This document shows, piece by piece, positions 63,826 through 64,000 of a DNA stretch of 64,000 nt (positions are counted from its first letter, which is position 1; each line of letters begins with the position of its first letter). The position numbers were made by a program, and so were the translations under genes. Under the pieces are notes generated by a model. That model did not search any database. It had not been told where the DNA came from and was given only the letters and a program-made list of their open reading frames with translations. This DNA comes from Monocercomonoides exilis PA203. Taxonomy: Eukaryota; Protista; Preaxostyla. The stretch lies in NCBI GenBank assembly GCA_001643675.2, contig LSRY02000003.1:1860001-1924000 (forward strand). The letters run 5' to 3'.

Positions 63826-64000
63826 TAAAACTTTTGATGAATATTATTTTCATAATTCATTTTCAATTTTGCTTGTTTTAGTGGTTTCGTTTTCGCTGGG
63901 ATGTATTGATGAAAATTATATTAAACAAATACTGAATGAACTTTAAAATCACAAAGCGTTTACAGAGAGAACAACATATTATTATTTGTTGTCATATATT

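Overview
AT-rich, intron-containing eukaryotic DNA read with the standard genetic code. The gene families and poly-Ser/poly-Glu tracts suggest an oxymonad such as Monocercomonoides (inference). The right part holds three apparently intact genes: a 2910-aa single-pass surface protein with a degenerate kinase C-lobe, a giant (~3840 aa) UBE2O-type E2 enzyme, and an S9 serine peptidase. The first ~35 kb, plus 44.7-48.3 kb, is dominated by transposons and gene relics. Three highlights: (1) two diverged copies of a spliced gene whose complete copy has a ubiquitin-specific protease (USP/C19) domain inside a Sola-like DDD transposase; (2) a ~200-nt, pseudoknotted, strand-polarised RNA structure just downstream of the complete copy; (3) Merlin-type non-autonomous elements with GG-starting TIRs (one with a perfect 8-bp TSD) that carry host gene fragments, next to a Merlin transposase. 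The window also has a fold-back element and several MITEs.
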